A DNA stretch of 64,000 nt from Candidatus Micrarchaeota archaeon (GTDB taxonomy: Archaea > Micrarchaeota > Micrarchaeia > Anstonellales > Bilamarchaeaceae). How positions within the stretch are numbered: the stretch's first letter is position 1; each line of letters opens with the position of its first letter. Position numbers and translations under genes: made by a program. The stretch covers positions 2,558 to 66,557 of the forward strand of contig WJMK01000014.1 of the NCBI GenBank assembly GCA_014727975.1. The letters are read 5' to 3'. Below are positions 1 to 7,926 of this stretch, one piece after another. Below the pieces are notes generated by a model. It was given only the letters and a program-made list of their open reading frames with translations, ran no database searches and was not told where the DNA came from.

Positions 1-408
1 CTATTTCCACAACTCTGACACTTTCCCCTCAACCATCCTCTCTATCCCAAACTCTATCCCTCTTTTATCTGTAGATATTATTAATGCCTTCCAGCCCTTC
101 TTTTTCATCCAGGCAACCCTGAGCCTCCTGTGCCCATCAAGCAGGAACATCCTGTTTCCTGCTTGCAGCAATATGATGGGGGTATCATAGCCTAAAGAAG
201 TCGCCTTGGAAATCTCCTCGGCCTTTTCGGTGAAGGTTGCCTGGGCTTCTTCACCTGGGTACGTATAATATATCTCACCTACCTGCCTAGGCGTGAGCTT
301 GCGCTCCACGCGCTTGAACTTTGCTTTTGGGTAAAGCTTCTTATAATACTCGAATAATTTCCTGAATAAATGCTCTTCCTCATGGGGGGATATAAGTCCT
401 GCATGCAT
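1..408 (-). CDS. ParB/sulfiredoxin-fold nuclease-like domain protein (135 aa)
   Basis: ORF 1..726(-) trimmed to the ATG at 408 (MHAGLISPHEEE...). The C-terminal half carries a ParB-N-like signature, PIILLQAGNRMFLLDGHRRLRVAW. A TATA-like AAATATATAA at 437-446 lies about 30 nt upstream. The longer N-terminal extension would read through a repeat element. Confidence 0.55.
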   Translation of the reverse strand: MHAGLISPHEEEHLFRKLFEYYKKLYPKAKFKRVERKLTPRQVGEIYYTYPGEEAQATFTEKAEEISKATSLGYDTPIILLQAGNRMFLLDGHRRLRVAWMKKKGWKALIISTDKRGIEFGIERMVEGKVSELWK

Positions 409-482
409 AAGCTCACCTGGTAAGAGAATAGATGCAAAATATATAAGGGTTTTGGGTTGCGGAAACAAACAAAACCCAAATG

Positions 483-560
483 TTGAGCTCTGCTCAAGAG
501 TCACAGTATGAAGCAAGTGCTGTGCCGGGCTTCGCCCGCTTTGCTTCACACTGTGAGAAG
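483..560. repeat. 78-nt structured intergenic repeat, copy 1 (inverted relative to copy at 42157-42234)
   Basis: Hand alignment to the reverse complement of 42157-42234 is near-identical outside an 8-nt divergent patch. It contains the hairpins TTGAGC-TCT-GCTCAA, TGAAGCAA...TTGCTTCA and GGGC-TTC-GCCC. Confidence 0.8.
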
Positions 561-646
561 AAACCGGACCCTGAACTCTGTTCACGGGAAGAAAGCGGAG
601 CTTTCTCAGAACAGGAAACACTGTGCACACCGCCTGGAAACCAAGG

Positions 647-1933
647 TCAGCTTCCCAGCAGCCATTTCCAGGCTGGCACAACCCTGACCTTTTTTCCCCC
701 GACCTCAAACTGCTCTTCCTGGTCACGGGTGATTATGAGCCCCTCTTCAAGGCTAAAGAATTCCATGGCGGATAGCAGCCCGCCAATTTCCCTTTTGCGG
801 TTTTTTTCTTCCAGCAGATAAGTAACCTGGATGGCAGAAACTGCGTTTCCCTTTTTCGAGATTATGAAATCGCATTCTTCGCCTTTTTTGGATTTATAGT
901 AGAAAATTCCCTTGTTTTCAACTTCTCCCTCCCTCCTGAAAAGCTCAATAAAAACAAGGTTTTCCAGAATCCTGCCATAATCTTCGGCTTCCCTGGCAAG
1001 GAAATGGATGTACCCTGTATCGAATAAATATACCTTTGACCTGGAAAATTCGCTCTTCTTGAAAGATTTGGAAAACTCGCGCACATAGCATGCCATGAAT
1101 ACGTCCTCTATGGACTTAATTATGCGATAGAGGTCCTCCAAACTATAGGGGATTTTGTTTGTTTTTAGGTATCTCTCAAACGCTGTAACTGAGAAGGTGT
1201 TTCCAAAAAGATTGAGCATGTACTTCATGGTGATTTCAACAAGCTTGATGTTCTTTATGCCAAGGCGCTCAACCAGGTCTTTGTACAGAATTGAATCAAA
1301 ATAATTGTTTACCAGCTTGTTCTTCAGGGGCGCTGAATTGCTAAGCACCACTTCAGGGAACCCTCCATAAAGCAGGTACTCATCAAAAAGCCTTTTTACT
1401 TCAAAAACCTGGTCAGAATGTTCAAACCCTTTCTTCAGGGCAATGCTTTTTGCGCGCAGGACTTCTGAAAATGAAAACGGCAGCAACAAGTACGAAAGGG
1501 ATTTCCCCCTCAGGGAGGTTGCAATCTCCTTGCTCAGGAGCTTGGAGTTGGAGCCGGTAATATTCACGTTATAGCCCTCATTCAGGAGGGAAACCACAAA
1601 CCTTTCCCAGCCTTCTACAATCTGGAGCTCATCAAAAAAGAAAACCAGTTTGTCTTTGGAAAAAAGCTCTTTGGAATACTCAGGTATCCTATTTAGGTCA
1701 CTGGAATGCAGTTCTCCCAGCAGGTTGTCTTCAAAATTCACCAGCACCCAATCCTTTCCGTGTGCCTGGTTTATCATGCGGTATAATTGGTATGTCTTGC
1801 CTGCCCTTCTGGGCCCCACTATTATCGTTGCCTTGCTCAGTCCGGATTCAGGTATTTCCAGGTCCCTCTTCAAGATACTCTTTGGGACAAGTTCGCGGTA
1901 TTTCATAATTGTTTTCTTTATGTTTTCTTCCAT
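647..1933 (-). CDS. AAA-family ATPase of the AAA_14/DUF4143 type
   Basis: Walker A GPRRAGKT and Walker B VFFFDELQ, followed by a long C-terminal region typical of archaeal DUF4143 ATPases. Start trimmed to the ATG at 1933 (MEENIKK). A TATA-like TTTATAAA at about 1952-1960 lies upstream. Confidence 0.75.
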   Translation of the reverse strand: MEENIKKTIMKYRELVPKSILKRDLEIPESGLSKATIIVGPRRAGKTYQLYRMINQAHGKDWVLVNFEDNLLGELHSSDLNRIPEYSKELFSKDKLVFFFDELQIVEGWERFVVSLLNEGYNVNITGSNSKLLSKEIATSLRGKSLSYLLLPFSFSEVLRAKSIALKKGFEHSDQVFEVKRLFDEYLLYGGFPEVVLSNSAPLKNKLVNNYFDSILYKDLVERLGIKNIKLVEITMKYMLNLFGNTFSVTAFERYLKTNKIPYSLEDLYRIIKSIEDVFMACYVREFSKSFKKSEFSRSKVYLFDTGYIHFLAREAEDYGRILENLVFIELFRREGEVENKGIFYYKSKKGEECDFIISKKGNAVSAIQVTYLLEEKNRKREIGGLLSAMEFFSLEEGLIITRDQEEQFEVGGKKVRVVPAWKWLLGS

Positions 1934-2028
1934 ATAGGCATATCCCGGGATACATTTTATAAACTTACGTTTTTCCGTAAGGATTTGCATAAAAAGCTTA
2001 CGCTTTTCCGTAAGAACTTATTTATAAA

Positions 2029-2052
2029 GGTATCCAAATGGACTTGGATACC
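2029..2052. other. Perfect 9-bp stem hairpin GGTATCCAA-ATGGAC-TTGGATACC
   Basis: Inverted repeat read directly. It is preceded by a second TATA-like TATTTATAAAGG (2020-2030). Confidence 0.6.
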
Positions 2053-2055
2053 TAT

Positions 2056-2079
2056 GGGTTGCGGGTTTTGGGTTTTGGG
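2056..2079 (+). other. Canonical G-quadruplex-type motif GGG-N4-GGG-N4-GGG-N4-GGG
   Basis: GGGTTGCGGGTTTTGGGTTTTGGG read directly. Further G-runs follow up to 2094. Confidence 0.6.
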
Positions 2080-2296
2080 TTGTGCGGTTCGGGGTTTGGA
2101 TTTACGGTTTTTCGTAAGAAATAGTGGGAAAAGCTTACGCTTTTCCGTAGGACTTTGGGTTTGGATTAACTTAACTTATATTTTTTTGTAAGTTTGGTTG
2201 ATTCAGCGGGATTTGGCAAAAAAACGCTCGGGATGGGTTCAGTATTTCAGGACTCATGGCAAAACCCAAAACAGGAAACACTAAACATTAAAGTGC

Positions 2297-2305
2297 AATA
2301 TAAAA
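2297..2305 (+). promoter_or_regulatory. TATA-like box for the endonuclease III-like gene
   Basis: AATATAAAA lies about 28 nt upstream of the ATG at 2329, the same spacing seen at many genes in the window. Confidence 0.45.
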
Positions 2306-2328
2306 CCTTTTCTGCGGAATCTGGGTTC

Positions 2329-3015
2329 ATGGGAGGAGAAATCAAATCCATATACCGGCTGCTGCTGAAAGAATACGGGGAGCAGGGCTGGTGGCCCATA
2401 AACCGGGTATACTCCCCCTCATTCAAGAAAAGGAAGCGCACCCCAGAAGAAAGGCTTGAGATTGCGGTGGGCGCAATCCTCACCCAGAACACCTCCTGGG
2501 AAAACGTGGAGAAGGCGCTGAAGAACCTGCGGGGGGCGGAGGCGCTCAGCAGGGAGGGGCTCGGGAAGCTTACTGAAAAGGAGCTTGCAACCCTTGTCCG
2601 CCCTGCGGGCTACTACAACATGAAGGCAAAGAAGATTAGGGAATACTTAAGCTATTCCGGGGGGATTACGCGGGAGGGGCTGCTGGGGGTTTGGGGGCTC
2701 GGGCCGGAAACCGTGGACTCCATCCTGCTTTATGCGTACGGGCAGCCCATGTTTGTAGTGGATGCGTATACAAAAAGAATCCTGCGCAGGATGGGGCTCT
2801 GCGGGGAGAAGGCAGCCTATTCGGAAATCCAGGAGCTTTTCCAAAAAGAGCTGAAGGAGGATGCGGCATTGTTCAATGAATACCATGCGCTCCTTGTAAG
2901 GCATGCAAAGGAGCACTGCAGGGTGAAGCCCGTGTGCGAAGGCTGCCCTCTCTGGGGAATTTGCAGGAGGGGAAAGGGGGAAAAAGATAAAAGGGAGAAA
3001 AGAGGAATAATGTAG
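2329..3015 (+). CDS. Endonuclease III-related HhH-GPD protein with a 4Fe-4S cluster loop
   Basis: ILTQNTSWENVEKAL and HhH GLGPETVDSILLY motifs, plus a C-terminal CRVKPVCEGCPLWGIC (C-X6-C-X2-C-X5-C). Start trimmed from 2194 to the ATG at 2329 (MGGEIKSIY). Confidence 0.8.
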   Translation: MGGEIKSIYRLLLKEYGEQGWWPINRVYSPSFKKRKRTPEERLEIAVGAILTQNTSWENVEKALKNLRGAEALSREGLGKLTEKELATLVRPAGYYNMKAKKIREYLSYSGGITREGLLGVWGLGPETVDSILLYAYGQPMFVVDAYTKRILRRMGLCGEKAAYSEIQELFQKELKEDAALFNEYHALLVRHAKEHCRVKPVCEGCPLWGICRRGKGEKDKREKRGIM

Positions 3016-3023
3016 GTATTTGC

Positions 3024-4061
3024 ATGGGTGAAGGAGAAGTTGCAGAAAGATGGGCATACGGAGGGGACTCAATGGCAGCCAGGGGGTACGTCAGGAAGGG
3101 GAGCAGGAGAAACACTGACATAGGCACAAAAGTAAGCGAGTTCACAGGGGGAAAAATAAAGTTTGACAATTACGGGAAGTCAGGGGACACTACAGGGGGG
3201 ATGCTCGGCAGGTACAGGACCGGCCCCAACAAAAAGAGGGAAGACAGGGTGGGGCAGATGCTGGAAGGGGATTATGACGGCATAATTATTGAAGTTGGAG
3301 TAAACGACATATCTGCAAGGGGAGGGGGGAGCAGGAAGCACTGGAAAAAGGTGCTGGGCAGGATGAGGGGAAATATTGTGGAAATGTATGTGCGCGCATT
3401 CATCAAGGGTGCAGGAACCGGGAACAGGGCAGAGGTCCTGGGAAAGATTGACAGTGCAATACGGGAGCTGGAAAAAAAGCAGGGGGACATTGGTGATGCA
3501 CTGGGCAGCGGAAGGGCAAAAAGGAGGGGGGAGGCATATACCTCACGGCTTGAGATGACGAGGGAAGACATTAAGGAGAAAATATCAATCCTGGAGGACG
3601 CAAGGGAAGCATACCTGAAGCATGCAAGGGATGGAAAGCCCCCTGGCAAAAAAGTTGGCAGGATTGTTTTTGTTGAGGGGGCGCCCTGGAAAGGCCACCC
3701 CGGGTGGGAGAGAAAAGAGGGGCTGCGCACACTGGAATACAACCGCATGCTGAAAGTGATGGGCTTTGAGCTGAACAAGGTTTTTGGGGAACTGGAGGGC
3801 CCGACATTCGAAGTTGCGGAGATCTATGACGCACTTGTGTCCAAGGACGGGATGCAGATGCAGGAAAAGTATGCAGGACAAAAGAGGGGGGGAAAGGACT
3901 ACCTGCACTTCGGGGAAGAGGGAAGGGAGGTTGCTGCAGCGGTAATAGCTTCAGGCCATTTCCCGAACCATGTGGAAGACAGAGTAAAAGTAGGGGCACT
4001 TGCAAAGGGGGAAACGCACGGGCAGAAGCAAAAAAGCCAGAGGATGCTTGCAGTTAGGTAG
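3024..4061 (+). CDS. SGNH/GDSL-family hydrolase with a large insertion
   Basis: All four SGNH blocks appear in order: I AYGGDSMA, II NYGKSGDTTGGM, III IIEVGVNDI, V KDYLHFGEEG. About 200 aa separate blocks III and V. Confidence 0.65.
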   Translation: MGEGEVAERWAYGGDSMAARGYVRKGSRRNTDIGTKVSEFTGGKIKFDNYGKSGDTTGGMLGRYRTGPNKKREDRVGQMLEGDYDGIIIEVGVNDISARGGGSRKHWKKVLGRMRGNIVEMYVRAFIKGAGTGNRAEVLGKIDSAIRELEKKQGDIGDALGSGRAKRRGEAYTSRLEMTREDIKEKISILEDAREAYLKHARDGKPPGKKVGRIVFVEGAPWKGHPGWERKEGLRTLEYNRMLKVMGFELNKVFGELEGPTFEVAEIYDALVSKDGMQMQEKYAGQKRGGKDYLHFGEEGREVAAAVIASGHFPNHVEDRVKVGALAKGETHGQKQKSQRMLAVR

Positions 4062-4063
4062 GC

Positions 4064-4615
4064 TTATTCTTCTTTTTGCGGCTTTCCTGTCCTCCTCTCC
4101 AGGTAATCTTCCCAGTTTACGGAATCCAGTGCATCGCGGTCCCCGGTTATGTACGAGTAGACCAGCTTTGCAGATTCCTCAGGAGTCCTTTCTGAAGTAT
4201 CAAGCTCTGCAACTGTGCACGCATAATGCTTGTCTGAAAGCTGGTAGCAGTAGTCCAAAAGCTCAGCCATCATGTTTTCATCTATTTTTTCACGAAAATA
4301 GCCGCGCTCCTCCATCCTCTTCTCAAGCTTTCTTGGGTTTGTGCGGAGCACCACCACAATCTCTGCGGGGCAGGGCATCTCGCACCCAAGATGCCCCTCA
4401 AAAATAACATCTGCCTTCTCGTTCAGGATTGGGGTAATGTAAGCAGAAAGCTTTGGGATATCCACTTCTTTTTCCCCGTTGGGCGCAAGGCGGACCGATT
4501 CTGCCTCCTCTGCAATCTCAGAGATGTGGAGGACTTCCCATCCTGTAATCCTGCCCAGCTCATTCGCAACTTCTGTCTTCCCTGTGCCAGGGGTCCCTGT
4601 TATCAGTATCCTCAT
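4064..4615 (-). CDS. Putative adenylate kinase / NTPase of the AK6-Fap7 type
   Basis: N-terminal P-loop MRILITGTPGTGKT, followed by VVVLRTNPRKLEKRMEERGY, typical of archaeal Fap7-like kinases. It lies 9 nt downstream of proS on the same strand. Confidence 0.75.
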   Translation of the reverse strand: MRILITGTPGTGKTEVANELGRITGWEVLHISEIAEEAESVRLAPNGEKEVDIPKLSAYITPILNEKADVIFEGHLGCEMPCPAEIVVVLRTNPRKLEKRMEERGYFREKIDENMMAELLDYCYQLSDKHYACTVAELDTSERTPEESAKLVYSYITGDRDALDSVNWEDYLERRTGKPQKEE

Positions 4616-4624
4616 AATATCCCT

Positions 4625-6064
4625 TCAGTACTGCCTTGCTGCATACTGGTAGGTAGATGCCTCCTTCCCGCACACGATGCACTTTTTCCCGGAGGGCTTT
4701 TCATTTGCATCATGCCTTGAGCCGCGCACGTTTGCAGAGCATTCTTCCTTTAGCTTTTCTGCGCACCCCTCGCCTTCCAGGGAATCCGTGCAAAACGGGA
4801 TTCTCACAAACCCCTCTCCATTTTCAAGTGCGGATTTCAGCTCCTCCATTGTATCTGCTTCCTTGAGCATTGTTGCAAACCATTCATCTGCTTTTTCCCT
4901 GAGGGAAGCATTCATCTCCTTGCCTATTTCACCAATCTTTTTTGGAAGCTCCTCAAAGGGAACGGATTCCTTTTCCCCAGTATCCCTGCGCACAACAACT
5001 GCTTTTCCTGATTCTATGTCGCGCGCGCCGATCTCCACGCGCACTGCGGCCCCGTTGAGCTCCCAGTGGTTGTATTTGAACCCAGGGGTGTTCTCGCTGA
5101 AATCTGCAACAACCCGGTAATTCTTTGCGAGCTTTTCAGTAACCTCCTGCACAAACCTGATTACGGTTTCAGAGCCCTCCTTCCTGAGTATGGGGATCAC
5201 CACTGCCTGCACGTTTGCAAGGTGGAACGGGAGCACCATCCCCCTGCTGTCTCCGTGGATGGAAACAATTGCTGCAAATATGCGGGAGATGCAGGGCCCG
5301 TAGCAGGTCTGCCAGCAGGGCTTCTCCTCCCCGTCATCATCCATGTATTTTACGTTGAATACCTTTGCGAAATTGGTCCCAAGGTTGTGGGTGGAGGGGA
5401 GCTGGAGGGTTTTCCCGTCCGGCATCATTGTATCAGCTGCATAGGTGTCAACCGCGCCCGCGAACTTGTCCCACTGGGGCCTCCTGAAAAAGAGAAACGG
5501 GACACCGAAGGACTGGTGTATCATTTCTTCTGTGGTTTCCATGTCCTCCTGGACCTGGGAAAGAACGCCTTCCTCAGAATCAAATACATTGTGCGCCTCA
5601 ATCCAATAGAATTCCCTGCCGCGGATAAGGGGCCTGGTGGCCTTGGTTTCGTACCTCCAGACCTGGCAGGACTGGTAGACCTTTAGCGGGAGGTCGCACT
5701 TCCCGTTTATCCAAAGTGAATACATGGGGTACATCGCGGTTTCGGAAGTGGGGCGCAGGATCATTTTTTCCTCAAGCTCGTTTTTGCCTGCGCGCGTAAC
5801 CCAGAAGACTTCGGGGGCAAAGCCCTCCACATGGTCTTTCTCCGCTTCCAGGTTCTTTTCTGAAATAAGGGCAGGGAAATAGGATTTGCGGTGGCCGCGG
5901 GCCTCAAGCGCATCCTCATAGAGGCGGTACATGCGGCTGATTACGTCCGCTGCGTTGGGCATTATTACTACGAAGCCCTTGAGGTTGTAGCGGAGGTCGC
6001 AGAGCTCTGCCTCCTTTATGAGCGTATTGTACCATTCTGAGAAATTTTCCTTTGGAATGTCCAT
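4625..6064 (-). CDS. proS: Prolyl-tRNA synthetase, archaeal/eukaryotic type
   Basis: 479 aa with a class II core (RPTSETAMYPMY, FYWIEAHNVF) and a C-terminal Zn-type tail CIVCGKEA...Y. Confidence 0.9.
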   Translation of the reverse strand: MDIPKENFSEWYNTLIKEAELCDLRYNLKGFVVIMPNAADVISRMYRLYEDALEARGHRKSYFPALISEKNLEAEKDHVEGFAPEVFWVTRAGKNELEEKMILRPTSETAMYPMYSLWINGKCDLPLKVYQSCQVWRYETKATRPLIRGREFYWIEAHNVFDSEEGVLSQVQEDMETTEEMIHQSFGVPFLFFRRPQWDKFAGAVDTYAADTMMPDGKTLQLPSTHNLGTNFAKVFNVKYMDDDGEEKPCWQTCYGPCISRIFAAIVSIHGDSRGMVLPFHLANVQAVVIPILRKEGSETVIRFVQEVTEKLAKNYRVVADFSENTPGFKYNHWELNGAAVRVEIGARDIESGKAVVVRRDTGEKESVPFEELPKKIGEIGKEMNASLREKADEWFATMLKEADTMEELKSALENGEGFVRIPFCTDSLEGEGCAEKLKEECSANVRGSRHDANEKPSGKKCIVCGKEASTYQYAARQY

Positions 6065-6096
6065 GATTGCACCTTATGGGGAATTGATGGGGCGAG

Positions 6097-6108
6097 ATAT
6101 TTAAAATA
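6097..6108. promoter_or_regulatory. Shared AT-rich TATA-like element between divergent proS and the CaCA gene
   Basis: ATATTTAAAATA sits in the 64-nt gap, about 26 nt from GTG 6129 and about 36 nt from ATG 6064. Confidence 0.4.
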
Positions 6109-6128
6109 GATTCTGCGTTAATGGAAGC

Positions 6129-7073
6129 GTGATACTGGAGATAGCCTTGCTGCTTGCAGGGATTGTGCTGCTTGCGTTTTCAAGCGACCGGAGTGTTGAT
6201 GTTGCGGCAAGGCTTGCAGCAACTGCAAGAATACCTTCCCTGCTTATCGGGATTGTTGTGCTTTCCATGGGGACCTCACTCCCGGAGATAAGCAGCTCGG
6301 TTGTTTCAACCCTGGAGGGGCACCCGGAAATAAACGTTGGAGACATATTCGGCTCTGCGCTTTCCCAGATTACGCTGATATTGGGGCTTGCGGTTCTGCT
6401 CGGTGGCCCGATAAAAGAGGGGAGGCGCGATGTGCTTCTGCTGGGCGGGTGCGCGATAATGGGGACGATGCTTGCGCTCTTTGTAGTGGAAAGCGGAGAC
6501 ATTACGGTTACCAATGCTCTTTTCCTCATCGTGAGCTACTTCATATTGATTTTTATTTCAAATAAATACACTGTAAAGGACTATGCTGCCCCTGAGGGAG
6601 TGAAGGCAAAAAAGTACTGGCCCTGGAGAGACAGGCTGCTTGGCTTTGGGAAACTGCTTTTTTTCATGGTGGGAGTTATTGCAAGTGCGGTGCTGGTGGT
6701 TGACTCAACAATTTCACTATCTGAAGAGTTGGGCGTCCCTTCCTACCTGGTAAGCTTCTTTGGAATCGGGATTGGGACTTCGCTTCCGGAATTGTTTGTT
6801 GCAGTTGCTGCAATAAGGAGGGGCCAGGATGAGCTTGCGATGGGAAACATACTGGGGAGCAACATCACGGACACTACGCTTGCGCTTGCTGCGGGGCCGC
6901 TCCTTGCGCCCAGCGTGCTTCCCTATTCCGGGCTTGTGGTCGCAACAGGCACATACCTGGTCCTTGCCTCCATGATTGCAGTAATGCTCTTTGCATGGAG
7001 AAAGAAAGTGGACAGGCTTGCGGCATTTGTGCTTATCGGAATCTATCTTGCATCCTACCTCCTGTTCTTATAA
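6129..7073 (+). CDS. Na+/Ca2+ exchanger (CaCA/YrbG-like) membrane protein
   Basis: Two alpha-repeat signatures, GTSLPEISSS and GTSLPELFVA, in a roughly 10-TM hydrophobic protein. GTG start. Confidence 0.8.
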   Translation: MILEIALLLAGIVLLAFSSDRSVDVAARLAATARIPSLLIGIVVLSMGTSLPEISSSVVSTLEGHPEINVGDIFGSALSQITLILGLAVLLGGPIKEGRRDVLLLGGCAIMGTMLALFVVESGDITVTNALFLIVSYFILIFISNKYTVKDYAAPEGVKAKKYWPWRDRLLGFGKLLFFMVGVIASAVLVVDSTISLSEELGVPSYLVSFFGIGIGTSLPELFVAVAAIRRGQDELAMGNILGSNITDTTLALAAGPLLAPSVLPYSGLVVATGTYLVLASMIAVMLFAWRKKVDRLAAFVLIGIYLASYLLFL

Positions 7074-7145
7074 GGCGCGCATGTTGCACAACCGCGTTTT
7101 TAAGCATTACCAAACAATAGTTCTACCTGATTATGGGTGGAGAGT

Positions 7146-7889
7146 ATGGCTAGAAAAACTGCTATTGTAAAAGGTTCAGAAAGAAAATCAATTGTGCCTG
7201 CCCCAAAAGGGGAACTTTCGGTGCACAGGAATCCCGTTGCAGCTGCCGCAGAAACTTTTGCGCTGAGAAGAAGAATCCGGGGGAGAAAGGAAAAAGAAAC
7301 AAGGGAAATGTTCTCTGCTGCAAAGAAAAAGAAATGGGGCACAGTTCTCAGCAGGGCAAACAGGGACAACATAAATGAGCGGGGGCCCCATGGTATGACC
7401 CTGCTTATGGAGGCTGCCTCGCAGGGTGAATATGTTGTGGTCCAGAGGCTTGTGCAGAGCGGGGCGTACAAAAGGTCGGAGGATGACCTGGGAAGGACGG
7501 CGATTGCCCATGCCCTGCTTAATTCGCACAATGATGTTGCCAAGCTCATCAATTCACTGGGAGCATCCTGGGAGCGGGACCTCCTTCTTGCGGTAAGGGA
7601 CCGCAGGGTAATGCTGGTAAAATCAATGCAGGAAGCCCTTGGGGTAACCCAGGAAGACATTGATAATGCTGAAGCGCAGTGCGACCCTGGGCGGGGCCCG
7701 GCACTTGGAAGCGCAGTGAGGAAGGTAAGTGGTGAAGCGCTTGCGCAGCATGAGCTTACAGTGATGTTCCAGCCTAAGGGAGGTGCGGGAGCAGAAAGCA
7801 AAGGTTCAGGTCCCAGCCCAGGGGAGAATAAAGGAAAAAAGAAGCCCAGGGACACTGTTAACTACTCTCCTGGGCACCATGGGTGCTGA
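7146..7889 (+). CDS. Ankyrin-repeat protein
   Basis: Two consecutive ANK-like units: GMTLLMEAASQGEYVVVQRLVQSGA and GRTAIAHALLNSHNDVAKLINSLGA. The N- and C-terminal tails are basic and low-complexity. ATG at 7146 preferred over GTG at 7137. Confidence 0.6.
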   Translation: MARKTAIVKGSERKSIVPAPKGELSVHRNPVAAAAETFALRRRIRGRKEKETREMFSAAKKKKWGTVLSRANRDNINERGPHGMTLLMEAASQGEYVVVQRLVQSGAYKRSEDDLGRTAIAHALLNSHNDVAKLINSLGASWERDLLLAVRDRRVMLVKSMQEALGVTQEDIDNAEAQCDPGRGPALGSAVRKVSGEALAQHELTVMFQPKGGAGAESKGSGPSPGENKGKKKPRDTVNYSPGHHGC

Positions 7890-7926
7890 GTTTCTTTTAT
7901 AATTCTTTTCTTCTTTTAGTTCCAGC

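Larger units (their letters stand above)
1964..2151. promoter_or_regulatory. Array of four 18-bp palindromes CTTACG-N6-CGTAAG (1964-1981, 1997-2014, 2101-2118, 2134-2151)
   Basis: Read directly: CTTACGTTTTTCCGTAAG, CTTACGCTTTTCCGTAAG, TTTACGGTTTTTCGTAAG, CTTACGCTTTTCCGTAGG. The T-rich spacer runs in the same orientation in all four. The first copy abuts the TATA box of the AAA ATPase gene. Confidence 0.7.

Noticed and set aside
1-726. Full-length 241-aa version of the first ORF, and the 2194 start of the endonuclease III-like gene
   Set aside because: The N-terminal extensions read through intergenic repeat elements and TATA-like boxes and have non-protein-like composition. Internal ATGs at 408 and 2329 sit at the usual distance from TATA-like boxes.
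1964-2151. Possible CRISPR array (also considered for the TCTTGAGC hairpins and the 51311-51370 repeat)
   Set aside because: The repeats are only 18 bp, irregularly spaced and few. The TCTTGAGC hairpin copies are dispersed over 59 kb. The 30-nt tandem unit is in-frame coding sequence. No cas genes are in the window.
7100-7855. 251-aa minus-strand ORF opposite the ankyrin-repeat gene
   Set aside because: Shadow ORF with S/L/P/A-rich composition. The plus-strand frame contains recognisable ANK repeats.
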